Source: the human T2T-CHM13v2.0 reference genome, Homo sapiens. Taken from it: a DNA stretch of 64,000 nucleotides. The notes below the pieces were generated by a model that saw only the letters and a program-made list of their open reading frames with translations, was not told the DNA's origin and did no database searches. The stretch lies in the NCBI RefSeq assembly GCF_009914755.1, contig NC_060943.1; one strand, written 5' to 3'. The position numbers and the translations under genes are program-made. Positions within the stretch are counted from its first letter, which is position 1, and each line of letters starts with the position of its first letter. Positions 51,750 through 64,000 of this stretch are shown one piece after another.

Positions 51750-54700
51750 ATGATTCTCAGAAACTCCTTTGTGATGTGTGCGTTCAACTCACAGAGTTTA
51801 TCCTTTCTTTTCATAGAGCAGTTAGGAAACACTCTGTTTGTAAAGTCTGCAAGTGGATATTCAGACATCCTTGAGGCTTTCGTTGGAAACGGGATTTCTT
51901 CATATTCTGCTAGAAAGAAGAATTCTCAGTAACTTCCTTGTGTTGTGTGTATTCAACTCACAGAGTTGAACGATCCTTTACACAGAGCAGACTTGAAACA
52001 CTCTTTTTGTGGAATTTGCAAGTGGAGATTTCAGCCGCTTTGAGGTCAATGGTAGAATAGGAAATATCTTCCTATAGAAACTAGACAGAATGATTCTCAG
52101 AAACTCCTTTGTGATGTGTGCGTTCAACTCACAGAGTTTAACCTTTCTTTTCATAGAGCAGTTGGGAAACACTCTGTTTGTAAAGTCTGCAAGTGGATAT
52201 TCAGACATCCTTGAGGCTTTCGTTGGAAACGGGATTTCTTCATATTCTGCTAGAAAGAAGAATTCTCAGTAACTTCCTTGTGTTGTGTGTATTCAACTCA
52301 CAGAGTTGAACGATCCTTTACACAGAGCAGACTTGAAACACTCTTTTTGTGGAATTTGCAAGTGGAGATTTCAGCCGCTTTGAGGTCAATGGTAGAATAG
52401 GAAATATCTTCCTATAGAAACTAGACAGAATGATTCTCAGAAACTCCTTTGTGATGTGTGCGTTCAACTCACAGAGTTCAACCTTTCTTTTCATAGAGCA
52501 GTTGGGAAACACTCTGTTTGTAAAGTCTGCAAGTGGATATTCAGACTTCTTTGAGGCCTTCGTTGGAAGCGGGATTTCTTCATGTTCTGCTAGACAGAAG
52601 AATTCTTAGAAACTTCCTTGTGTTGTGTGTTTTCAACTCACAGAGTTGAACGATCCTTTACACAGAGCAGACTTGAAACACTCCTTTTGTGGAATTTGCA
52701 AGTGGAGATTTCAGCCGCTTTGAGGTCAATGGTAGAATAGGAAATATCTTCCTATAGAAACTAGACAGAATGATTCTCAGAAACTCCTTTGTGATGTGTG
52801 CGTTCAACTCACAGAGTTTAACCTTTCTTTTCATAGAGCAGTTAGGAAACACTCTGTTTGTAAAGTCTGCAAGTGGATATTCAGACATCCTTGAGGCTTT
52901 CGTTGGAAACGGGATTTCTTCATATTCTGCTAGAAAAAAGAATTCTCAGTAACTTCCTTGTGTTGTGTGTATTCAACTCACAGAGTTGAACGATCCTTTA
53001 CACAGAGCAGACTTGAAACACTCTTTTTGTGGAATTTGCAAGTGGAGATTTCAGCCGCATTGAGTTCAATGGTAGAATAGTAAATATCTTCCTATAGAAA
53101 CTAGACAGAATGATTCTCAGAAACTCCTTTGTGATGTGTGCGTTCAACTCACAGAGTTCAACCTTTCTTTTCATAGAGCAGTTGGGAAACACTCTGTTTG
53201 TAAAGTCTGCAAGTGGATATTCAGACTTCTTTGAGGCCTTCGTTGGAAGCGGGATTTCTTCATGTTCTGCTAGACAGAAGAATTCTCAGTAACTGCCTTG
53301 TGTTGTGTGTATTCAACTCACAGAGTTGAACGATCCTTTACACAGAGCAGACTTGAAACACTCCTTTTGTGGAATTTGCAAGTGGAGATTTCAGCCGCTT
53401 TGAGGTCAATGGTAGAATAGGAAATATCTTCCTATAGAAACTAGACAGAATGATTCTCAGAAACTCCTTTGTGATGTGTGCGTTCAACTCACAGAGTTTA
53501 ACCTTTCTTTTCATAGAGCAGTTAGGAAACACTCTGTTTGTAAAGTCTGCAAGTGGATATTCAGACATCCTTGAGGCTTTCGTTGGAAACGGGATTTCTT
53601 CATATTCTGCTAGAAAGAAGAATTCTCAGTAACTTCCTTGTGTTGTGTGTATTCAACTCACAGAGTTGAACGAACCTTTACACAGAGCAGACTTGAAACA
53701 CTCTTTTTGTGGAATTTGCAAGTGGAGATTTCAGCTGCTTTGAGGTCAATGGTAGAATAGGAAATATCTTCCTATAGAAACTAGACAGAATGATTCTCAT
53801 AAACTCCTTTGTGATGTGTGCGTTCAACTCACAGAGTTTAACCTTTCTTTTCATAGAGCAGTTAGGAAACACTCTGTTTGTAAAGTCTGCAAGTGGATAT
53901 TCAGACATCCTTGAGGCTTTCGTTGGAAACGGGATTTCTTCATATTCTGCTAGAAAGAAGAATTCTCAGTAACTTCCTTGTGTTGTGTGTATTCAACTCA
54001 CAGAGTTGAACGATCCTTTACACAGAGCAGACTTGAAACACTCTTTTTGTGGAATTTGCAAGTGGAGATTTCAGCCGCTTTGAGGTCAATGGTAGAATAG
54101 GAAATATCTTCCTATAGAAACTAGACAGAATGATTCTCAGAAACTCCTTTGTGATGTGTGCGTTCAACTCACAGAGTTTAACCTTTGTTTTCATAGAGCA
54201 GTTGGGAAACACTCTGTTTGTAAAGTCTGCAAGTGGATATTCAGACATCCTTGAGGCTTTCGTTGGAAACGGGATTTCTTCATATTCTGCTAGAAAGAAG
54301 AATTCTCAGTAACTTCCTTGTGTTGTGTGTATTCAACTCACAGAGTTGAACGATCCTTTACACAGAGCAGACTTGAAACACTCTTTTTGTGGAATTTGCA
54401 AGTGGAGATTTCAGCCGCTTTGAGTTCAATGGTAGAATAGGAAATATCTTCCTATAGAAACTAGACAGAATGATTCTCAGAAACTCCTTTGTGATGTGTG
54501 CGTTCAACTCACAGAGTTTAACCTTTCTTTTCATAGAGCAGTTAGGAAACACTCTGTTTGTAAAGTCTGCAAGTGGATATTCAGACCTCCTTGAGGCCTT
54601 CGTTGGAAACGGGATTTCTTCATATTATGCTAGACAGAAGAATTCTCAGTAACTTCCTTGTGTTGTGTGTATTCAACTCACAGAGTTGAACGATCCTTTA

Positions 54701-57700
54701 CACAGAGCAGACTTGAAACACTCTTTTTGTGGAATTTGCAAGTGGAGATTTCAGCCGCTTTGAGTTTAATGGTAGAATAGGAAATATCTTCCTATAGAAA
54801 CTAGACAGAATGATTCTCAGAAACTCCTTTGTGATGTGTGCGTTCATCTCACAGAGTTCAACCTTTCTTTTCATAGAGCAGTTGGGAAACACTCTGTTTG
54901 TAAAGTCTGCAAGTGGATATTCAGACTTCTTTGAGGCCTTCGTTGGAAGCGGGATTTCTTCATATTCTGCTAGACAGAAGAATTCTCAGTAACTTCCTTG
55001 TGTTGTGTGTATTCAACTCACAGAGTTGAACGATCCTTTACACAGAGCAGACTTGAAACACTCTTTTTGTGGAATTTGCAAGTGGAGATTTCAGCCGCTT
55101 TGAGTTCAAGGGTAGAATAGGAAATATCTTCCTATAGAAACTAGACAGAATGATTCTCAGAAACTCCTTTGTGATGTGTGCGTTCAACTCACAGAGTTCA
55201 ACCTTTCTTTTAATAGAGCAGTTGGGAAACACTCTGTTTGTAAAGTCTGCAAGTGGATATTCAGACTTCTTTGAGGCCTTCGTTGGAAGCGGGATTTCTT
55301 CATATTCTGCTAGACAGAAGAATTCTCAGTAACTTCCTTGTGTTGTGTGTATTCAACTCACAGAGTTGAACGATCCTTTACACAGAGCAGACTTGAAACA
55401 CTCTTTTTGTGGAATTTGCAAGTGGAGATTTCAGCCGCTTTGAGGTCAATGGTAGAATAGGAAATATCTTCCTATAGAAACTAGACAGAATGATTCTCAG
55501 AAACTCCTTTGTGATGTGTGCGTTCAACTCACAGAGTTTAACCTTTCTTTTCATAGAGCAGTTGGGAAACACTCTGTTTGTAAAGTCTGCAAGTGGATAT
55601 TCAGACATCCTTGAGGCTTTCGTTGGAAACGGGATTTCTTCATATTCTGCTAGAAAGAAGAATTCTCAGTAACTTCCTTGTGTTGTGTGTATTCAACTCA
55701 CAGAGTTGAACGATCCTTTACACAGAGCAGACTTGAAACACTCTTTTTGTGGAATTTGCAAGTGGAGATTTCAGCCGCTTTGAGGTCAATGGTAGAATAG
55801 GAAATATCTTCCTATAGAAAATAGACAGAATGATTCTCAGAAACTCCTTTGTGATGTGTGCGTTCAACTCACAGAGTTTAACCTTTCTTTTCATAGAGCA
55901 GTTAGGAAACACTCTGTTTGTAAAGTCTGCAAGTGGATATTCAGACCTCCTTGAGGCCTTCGTTGGAAACGGGATTTCTTCATATTCTGCTAGACAGAAG
56001 AATTCTCAGTAACTTCCTTGTGTTGTGTGTATTCAACTCACAGAGTTGAACGATCCTTTACACAGAGCAGACTTGAAACACTCTTTTTGTGGAATTTGCA
56101 AGTGGAGATTTCAGCCGCTTTGAGGTCAATGGTAGAATAGGAAATATCTTCCTATAGAAACTAGACAGAATGATTCTCAGAAACTCCTTTGTGATGTGTG
56201 CGTTCAACTCACAGAGTTTATCCTTTCTTTTCATAGAGCAGTTAGGAAACACTCTGTTTGTAAAGTCTGCAAGTGGATATTCAGACATCCTTGAGGCTTT
56301 CGTTGGAAACGGGATTTCTTCATATTCTGCTAGAAAGAAGAATTCTCAGTAACTTCCTTGTGTTGTGTGTATTCAACTCACAGAGTTGAACGATCCTTTA
56401 CACAGAGCAGACTTGAAACACTCTTTTTGTGGAATTTGCAAGTGGAGATTTCAGCCGCTTTGAGGTCAATGGTAGAATAGGAAATATCTTCCTATAGAAA
56501 CTAGACAGAATGATTCTCAGAAACTCCTTTGTGATGTGTGCGTTCAACTCACAGAGTTTAACCTTTCTTTTCATAGAGCAGTTGGGAAACACTCTGTTTG
56601 TAAAGTCTGCAAGTGGATATTCAGACATCCTTGAGGCTTTCGTTGGAAACGGGATTTCTTCATATTCTGCTAGAAAGAAGAATTCTCAGTAACTTCCTTG
56701 TGTTGTGTGTATTCAACTCACAGAGTTGAACGATCCTTTACACAGAGCAGACTTGAAACACTCTTTTTGTGGAATTTGCAAGTGGAGATTTCAGCCGCTT
56801 TGAGGTCAATGGTAGAATAGGAAATATCTTCCTATAGAAACTAGACAGAATGATTCTCAGAAACTCCTTTGTGATGTGTGCGTTCAACTCACAGAGTTCA
56901 ACCTTTCTTTTCATAGAGCAGTTGGGAAACACTCTGTTTGTAAAGTCTGCAAGTGGATATTCAGACTTCTTTGAGGCCTTCGTTGGAAGCGGGATTTCTT
57001 CATGTTCTGCTAGACAGAAGAATTCTTAGAAACTTCCTTGTGTTGTGTGTTTTCAACTCACAGAGTTGAACGATCCTTTACACAGAGCAGACTTGAAACA
57101 CTCCTTTTGTGGAATTTGCAAGTGGAGATTTCAGCCGCTTTGAGGTCAATGGTAGAATAGGAAATATCTTCCTATAGAAACTAGACAGAATGATTCTCAG
57201 AAACTCCTTTGTGATGTGTGCGTTCAACTCACAGAGTTTAACCTTTCTTTTCATAGAGCAGTTAGGAAACACTCTGTTTGTAAAGTCTGCAAGTGGATAT
57301 TCAGACATCCTTGAGGCTTTCGTTGGAAACGGGATTTCTTCATATTCTGCTAGAAAAAAGAATTCTCAGTAACTTCCTTGTGTTGTGTGTATTCAACTCA
57401 CAGAGTTGAACGATCCTTTACACAGAGCAGACTTGAAACACTCTTTTTGTGGAATTTGCAAGTGGAGATTTCAGCCGCTTTGAGTTCAATGGTAGAATAG
57501 GAAATATCTTCCTATAGAAACTAGACAGAATGATTCTCAGAAACTCCTTTGTGATGTGTGCGTTCAACTCACAGAGTTCAACCTTTCTTTTCATAGAGCA
57601 GTTGGGAAACACTCTGTTTGTAAAGTCTGCAAGTGGATATTCAGACTTCTTTGAGGCCTTCGTTGGAAGCGGGATTTCTTCATGTTCTGCTAGACAGAAG

Positions 57701-60500
57701 AATTCTCAGTAACTGCCTTGTGTTGTGTGTATTCAACTCACAGAGTTGAACGATCCTTTACACAGAGCAGACTTGAAACACTCCTTTTGTGGAATTTGCA
57801 AGTGGAGATTTCAGCCGCTTTGAGGTCAATGGTAGAATAGGAAATATCTTCCTATAGAAACTAGACAGAATGATTCTCAGAAACTCCTTTGTGATGTGTG
57901 CGTTCAACTCACAGAGTTTAACCTTTCTTTTCATAGAGCAGTTAGGAAACACTCTGTTTGTAAAGTCTGCAAGTGGATATGCAGACATCCTTGAGGCTTT
58001 CGTTGGAAACGGGATTTCTTCATATTCTGCTAGAAAGAAGAATTCTCAGTAACTTCCTTGTGTTGTGTGTATTCAACTCACAGAGTTGAACGATCCTTTA
58101 CACAGAGCAGACTTGAAACACTCTTTTTGTGGAATTTGCAAGTGGAGATTTCAGCCGCTTTGAGGTCAATGGTAGAATAGGAAATATCTTCCTATAGAAA
58201 CTAGACAGAATGATTCTCAGAAACTCCTTTGTGATGTGTGCGTTCAACTCACAGAGTTTAACCTTTCTTTTCATAGAGCAGTTGGGAAACACTCTGTTTG
58301 TAAAGTCTGCAAGTGGATATTCAGACATCCTTGAGGCTTTCGTTGGAAACGGGATTTCTTCATATTCTGCTAGAAAGAAGAATTCTCAGTAACTTCCTTG
58401 TGTTGTGTGTATTCAACTCACAGAGTTGAACGATCCTTTACACAGAGCAGACTTGAAACACTCTTTTTGTGGAATTTGCAAGTGGAGATTTCAGCCGCTT
58501 TGAGTTCAATGGTAGAATAGGAAATATCTTCCTATAGAAACTAGACAGAATGATTCTCAGAAACTCCTTTGTGATGTGTGCGTTCAACTCACACAGTTTA
58601 ACCTTTCTTTTCATAGAGCAGTTAGGAAACACTCTGTTTGTAAAGTCTGCAAGTGGATATTCAGACCTCCATGAGGCCTTCGTTGGAAACGGGATTTCTT
58701 CATATTATGCTAGACAGAAGAATTCTCAGTAACTTCCTTGTGTTGTGTGTATTCAACTCACAGAGTTGAACGATCCTTTACACAGAGCAGACTTGAAACA
58801 CTCTTTTTGTGGAATTTGCAAGTGGAGATTTCAGCCGCTTTGAGTTCATTGGTAGAATAGGAAATATCTTCCTATAGAAACTAGACAGAATGATTCTCAG
58901 AAACTCCTTTGTGATGTGTGCGTTCAACTCACAGAGTTCAACCTTTCTTTTCATAGAGCAGTTGGGAAACACTCTGTTTGTAAAGTCTGCAAGTGGATAT
59001 TCAGACTTCTTTGAGGCCTTCGTTGGAAGCGGGATTTCTTCATATTCTGCTAGACAGAAGAATTCTCAGTAACTTCCTTGTGTTGTGTGTATTCAACTCA
59101 CAGAGTTGAACGATCCTTTACACAGAGCAGACTTGAAACACTCCTTTTGTGGAATTTGCAAGTGGAGATTTCAGCCGCTTTGAGGTCAATGGTAGAATAG
59201 GAAATATCTTCCTATAGAAAGTAGACAGAATGATTCTCAGAAACTCCTTTGTGATGTGTGCGTTCAACTCACAGAGTTTAACCTTTCTTTTCATAGAGCA
59301 GTTAGGAAACACTCTGTTTGTAAAGTCTGCAAGTGGATATTCAGACCTCCTTGAGGCCTTCGTTGGAAACGGGATTTCTTCATATTATGCTAGACAGAAG
59401 AATTCTCAGTAACTTCCTTGTGTTGTGTGTATTCAACTCACAGAGTTGAACGATCCTTTACACAGAGCAGACTTGAAACACTCTTTTTGTGGAATTTGCA
59501 AGTGGAGATTTCAGCCGCTTTGAGTTCATGGGTAGAATAGGAAATATCTTCCTATAGAAACTAGACAGAATGATTCTCAGAAACTCCTTTGTGATGTGTG
59601 CGTTCAACTCACAGAGTTCAACCTTTCTTTTAATAGAGCAGTTGGGAAACACTCTGTTTGTAAAGTCTGCAAGTGGATATTCAGACTTCTTTGAGGCCTT
59701 CGTTGGAAGCGGGATTTCTTCATATTCTGCTAGACAGAAGAATTCTCAGTAACTTCCTTGTGTTGTGTGTATTCAACTCACAGAGTTGAACGATCCTTTA
59801 CACAGAGCAGACTTGAAACACTCTTTTTGTGGAATTTGCAAGTGGAGATTTCAGCCGCTTTGAGGTCAATGGTAGAATAGGAAATATCTTCCTATAGAAA
59901 CTAGACAGAATGATTCTCAGAAACTCCTTTGTGATGTGTGCGTTCAACTCACAGAGTTTAACCTTTCTTTTCATAGAGCAGTTAGGAAACACTCTGTTTG
60001 TAAAGTCTGCAAGTGGATATTCAGACATCCTTGAGGCTTTCGTTGGAAACGGGATTTCTTCATATTCTGCTAGAAAGAAGAATTCTCAGTAACTTCCTTG
60101 TGTTGTGTGTATTCAACTCACAGAGTTGAACGATCCTTTACACAGAGCAGACTTGAAACACTCTTTTTGTGGAATTTGCAAGTGGAGATTTCAGCCGCTT
60201 TGAGGTCAATGGTAGAATAGGAAATATCTTCCTATAGAAAATAGACAGAATGATTCTCAGAAACTCCTTTGTGATGTGTGCGTTGAACTCACAGAGTTTA
60301 ACCTTTCTTTTCATAGAGCAGTTAGGAAACACTCTGTTTGTAAAGTCTGCAAGTGGATATTCAGACCTCCTTGAGGCCTTCGTTGGAAACGGGATTTCTT
60401 CATATTATGCTAGACAGAAGAATTCTCAGTAACTTCCTTGTGTTGTGTGTATTCAACTCACAGAGTTGAACGATCCTTTACACAGAGCAGACTTGAAACA
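51750..60500 (+). repeat. Imperfect tandem duplication with a 4420-bp (13-dimer) unit; ends approximate
   Basis: Markers recur at +4420: gagtttatcc 51801/56221, attcttagaaac 52607/57027, tagaaaaaag 52931/57351, ttttaatag dimers 55150/59570, gaaaatagac 55821/60241. Confidence 0.8.
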
Positions 60501-63500
60501 CTCTTTTTGTGGAATTTGCAAGTGGAGATTTCAGCCGCTTTGAGGTCAATGGTAGAATAGGAAATATCTTCCTATAGAAACTAGACAGAATGATTCTCAG
60601 AAACTCCTTTGTGATGTGTGCGTTCAACTCACAGAGTTTACCCTTTCTTTTCATAGAGCAGTTAGGAAACACTCTGTTTGTAAAGTCTGCAAGTGGATAT
60701 TCAGACATCCTTGAGGCTTTCGTTGGAAACGGGATTTCTTCATATTCTGCCAGAAAGAAGAATTCTCAGTAACTTCCTTGTGTTGTGTGTATTCAACTCA
60801 CAGAGTTGAACGATCCTTTACACAGAGCAGACTTGAAACACTCTTTTTGTGGAATTTGCAAGTGGAGATTTCAGCCGCTTTGAGGTCAATGGTAGAATAG
60901 GAAATATCTTCCTATAGAAACTAGACAGAATGATTCTCAGAAACTCCTTTGTGATGTGTGCGTTCAACTCACAGAGTTCAACCTTTCTTTTCATAGAGCA
61001 GTTGGGAAACACTCTGTTTGTAAAGTCTGCAAGTGGATATTCAGACTTCTTTGAGGCCTTCGTTGGAAGCGGGATTTCTTCATGTTCTGCTAGACAGAAG
61101 AATTCTCAGTAACTGCCTTGTGTTGTGTGTATTCAACTCACAGAGTTGAACGATCCTTTACACAGAGCAGACTTGAAACACTCCTTTTGTGGAATTTGCA
61201 AGTGGAGATTTCAGCCGCTTTGAGGTCAATGGTAGAATAGGAAATATCTTCCTATAGAAACTAGACAGAATGATTCTCAGAAACTCCTTTGTGATGTGTG
61301 CGTTCAACTCACAGAGTTTAACCTTTCTTTTCATAGAGCAGTTAGGAAACACTCTGTTTGTAAAGTCTGCAAGTGGATATTCAGACATCCTTGAGGCTTT
61401 CGTTGGAAACGGGATTTCTTCATATTCTGCTAGAAAGAAGAATTCTCAGTAACTTCCTTGTGTTGTGTGTATTCAACTCACAGAGTTGAACGATCCTTTA
61501 CACAGAGCAGACTTGAAACACTCTTTTTGTGGAATTTGCAAGTGGAGATTTCAGCCGCTTTGAGGTCAATGGTAGAATAGGAAATATCTTCCTATAGAAA
61601 CTAGACAGAATGATTCTCAGAAACTCCTTTGTGATGTGTGCGTTCAACTCACAGAGTTTAACCTTTCTGTTCATAGAGCAGTTAGGAAACACTCTGTTTG
61701 TAAAGTCTGCAAGTGGATATTCAGACATCCTTGAGGCTTTCGTTGGAAACGGGATTTCTTCATATTCTGCTAGAAAGAAGAATTCTCAGTAACTTCCTTG
61801 TGTTGTGTGTATTCAACTCACAGAGTTGAACGATCCTTTACACAGAGCAGACTTGAAACACTCTTTTTGTGGAATTTGCAAGTGGAGATTTCAGCCGCTT
61901 TAGTTCAATGGTAGAATAGGAAATATCTTCCTATAGAAACTAGACAGAATGATTCTCAGAAACTCCTTTGTGATGTGTGCGTTCAACTCACAGAGTTCAA
62001 CCTTTCTTTTAATAGAGCAGTTGGGAAACACTCTGTTTGTAAAGTCTGCAAGTGGATATTCAGACTTCTTTGAGGCCTTCGTTTGAAGCGGGATTTCTTC
62101 ATATTCTGCTAGACAGAAGAATTCTCAGTAACTTCCTTGTGTTGTGTGTATTCAACTCACAGAGTTGAACGATCCTTTACACAGAGCAGACTTGAAACAC
62201 TCTTTTTGTGGAATTTGCAAGTGGAGATTTCAGCCGCTTTGAGGTCAATGGTAGAATAGGAAATATCTTCCTATAGAAACTAGACAGAATGATTCTCAGA
62301 AACTCCTTTGTGATGTGTGCGTTCAACTCACAGAGTTTAACCTTTCTTTTCATAGAGCAGTTAGGAAACACTCTGTTTGTAAAGTCTGCAAGTGGATATT
62401 CAGACATCCTTGAGGCTTTCGTTGGAAACGGGATTTCTTCATATTCTGCTAGAAAGAAGAATTCTCAGTAACTTCCTTGTGTTGTGTGTATTCAACTCAC
62501 AGAGTTGAACGATCCTTTACACAGAGCAGACTTGAAACACTCTTTTTGTGGAATTTGCAAGTGGAGATTTCAGCCGCTTTAGTTCAATGGTAGAATAGGA
62601 AATATCTTCCTATAGAAACTAGACAGAATGATTCTCAGAAACTCCTTTGTGATGTGTGCGTTCAACTCACAGAGTTCAACCTTTCTTTTAATAGAGCAGT
62701 TGGGAAACACTCTGTTTGTAAAGTCTGCAAGTGGATATTCAGACTTCTTTGAGGCCTTCGTTGGAAGCGGGATTTCTTCATATTCTGCTAGACAGAAGAA
62801 TTCTCAGTAACTTCCTTGTGTTGTGTGTATTCAACTCACAGAGTTGAACGATCCTTTACACAGAGCAGACTTGAAACACTCTTTTTGTGGAATTTGCAAG
62901 TGGAGATTTCAGCCACTTTGAGGTCAATGGTAGAATAGGAAATATCTTCCTATAGAAACTAGACAGAATGATTCTCAGAAACTCCTTTGTGATGTGTGCG
63001 TTCAACTCACAGAGTTTAACCTTTCTTTTCATAGAGCAGTTAGGAAACACTCTGTTTGTAAAGTCTGCAAGTGGATATTCAGACATCCTTGAGGCTTTCG
63101 TTGGAAACGGGATTTCTTCATATTCTGCTAGAAAGAAGAATTCTCAGTAACTTCCTTGTGTTGTGTGTATTCAACTCACAGAGTTGAACGATCCTTTACA
63201 CAGAGCAGACTTGAAACACTCTTTTTGTGGAATTTGCAAGTGGAGATTTCAGCCGCTTTGAGGTCAATGGTAGAATAGGAAATATCTTCCTATAGAAAAT
63301 GGACAGAATGATTCTCAGAAACTCCTTTGTGATGTGTGCGTTCAACTCACAGAGTTTAACCTTTCTTTTCATAGAGCAGTTAGGAAACACTCTGTTTGTA
63401 AAGTCTGCAAGTGGATATTCAGACCTCCTTGAGGCCTTCGTTGGAAACGGGATTTCTTCATATTATGGTAGACAGAAGAATTCTCAGTAACTTCCTTGTG

Positions 63501-64000
63501 TTGTGTGTATTCAACTCACAGAGTTGAACGATCCTTTACACAGAGCAGACTTGAAACACTCTTTTTGTGGAATTTGCAAGTGGAGATTTCAGCCGCTTTG
63601 AGGTCAATGGTAGAATAGGAAATATCTTCCTATAGAAAATAGACAGAATGATTCTCAGAAACTCCTTTGTGATGTGTGCGTTCAACTCACAGAGTTTAAC
63701 CTTTCTTTTCATAGAGCAGTTAGGAAACACTCTGTTTGTAAAGTCTGCAAGTGGATATTCAGACCTCCTTGAGGCCTTCGTTGGAAACGGGATTTCTTCA
63801 TATTATGGTAGACAGAAGAATTCTCAGTAACTTCCTTGTGTTGTGTGTATTCAACTCACAGAGTTGAACGATCCTTTACACAGAGCAGACTTGAAACTCT
63901 CTTTTTGTGGAATTTGCAAGTGGAGATTTCAGCCGCTTTGAGGTCAATGGTAGAATAGGAAATATCTTCCTATAGAAACTAGACAGAATGATTCTCAGAA

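Larger units (their letters stand above)
1..64000 (+). repeat. Alpha-satellite (alphoid) tandem array, SF1 J1/J2 340-bp dimer, about 188 copies; consistent with the S1C1/5/19H1L (D1Z7/D5Z2/D19Z3) live centromeric array
   Basis: Strict 340-bp period across the window (ORF starts 77, 417, 757 ... 63648). Alphoid hallmark motifs TTCAACTCACAGAGTT, TTGAAACACTCTTTTTGT, TGCAAGTGGA and ATTCTCAGAAACT. One CENP-B box and normally one EcoRI site per dimer. The family assignment comes from recalled consensus sequences, not a database search. Confidence 0.97.

Noticed and set aside
62077-62093. CENP-B box variant CTTCGTTTGAAGCGGGA
   Set aside because: G>T at 62084 is at a non-core position and all nine essential bases are intact, so it was not counted as broken.
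77-63830. Hundreds of 60-97 aa ORFs on both strands (MILRNSFVMCAF..., MFPNCSMKRK..., MSEYPLADF...)
   Set aside because: They are translations of the satellite unit, recur every 340 bp, and are freely broken or extended by point changes. There is no gene structure or recognisable domain. Database hits to such peptides are typically spurious or contaminant annotations.
1-64000. CRISPR-like or diversity-cassette interpretation of the regular repeat with variable positions
   Set aside because: There are no unique spacers and no cas, recombinase or reverse transcriptase genes. Variation consists of point substitutions inherited through duplication.
1-64000. Inserted L1/Alu elements, inversions or an array boundary
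   Set aside because: The 340-bp phase is fully explained by nine 1-bp deletions, orientation never changes, and no poly-A tail or foreign sequence was seen.
1-64000. Assignment to a specific chromosome or to the kinetochore-forming (CENP-A, hypomethylated) subdomain
   Set aside because: Chromosomes 1, 5 and 19 share this repeat family, and kinetochore position is epigenetic. Neither can be determined from this sequence without alignment and chromatin data.

Overview
The whole 64-kb window is one uninterrupted head-to-tail array of primate centromeric alpha-satellite DNA, almost certainly human. The unit is the suprachromosomal family 1 (SF1) 340-bp EcoRI dimer: a 169-bp B-type (J2) monomer with a CENP-B box plus a 171-bp A-type (J1) monomer with a pJalpha/A-box-like site. 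About 188 dimers run in one orientation and differ by only a few substitutions. The sequence fits the live S1C1/5/19H1L array family (D1Z7/D5Z2/D19Z3, chromosomes 1/5/19); I cannot assign the chromosome by eye. I see no genes, transposon insertions, inversions or non-satellite DNA, and the 60-97 aa ORFs are by-products of the repeat. I found no evidence of a new gene-based system. The information lies in the variant pattern. Three dimer classes (here I, F, L) occur in an irregular order shaped by nested tandem duplications of 340, 679, 2380, 2720, 3400, 3738, 4420 and 5439 bp and by longer-range copies at about 12.6, 16 and 29.6 kb. Only nine 1-bp deletions (two alleles) and five broken CENP-B boxes were seen. 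All variant calls were read by eye and need confirmation by alignment.
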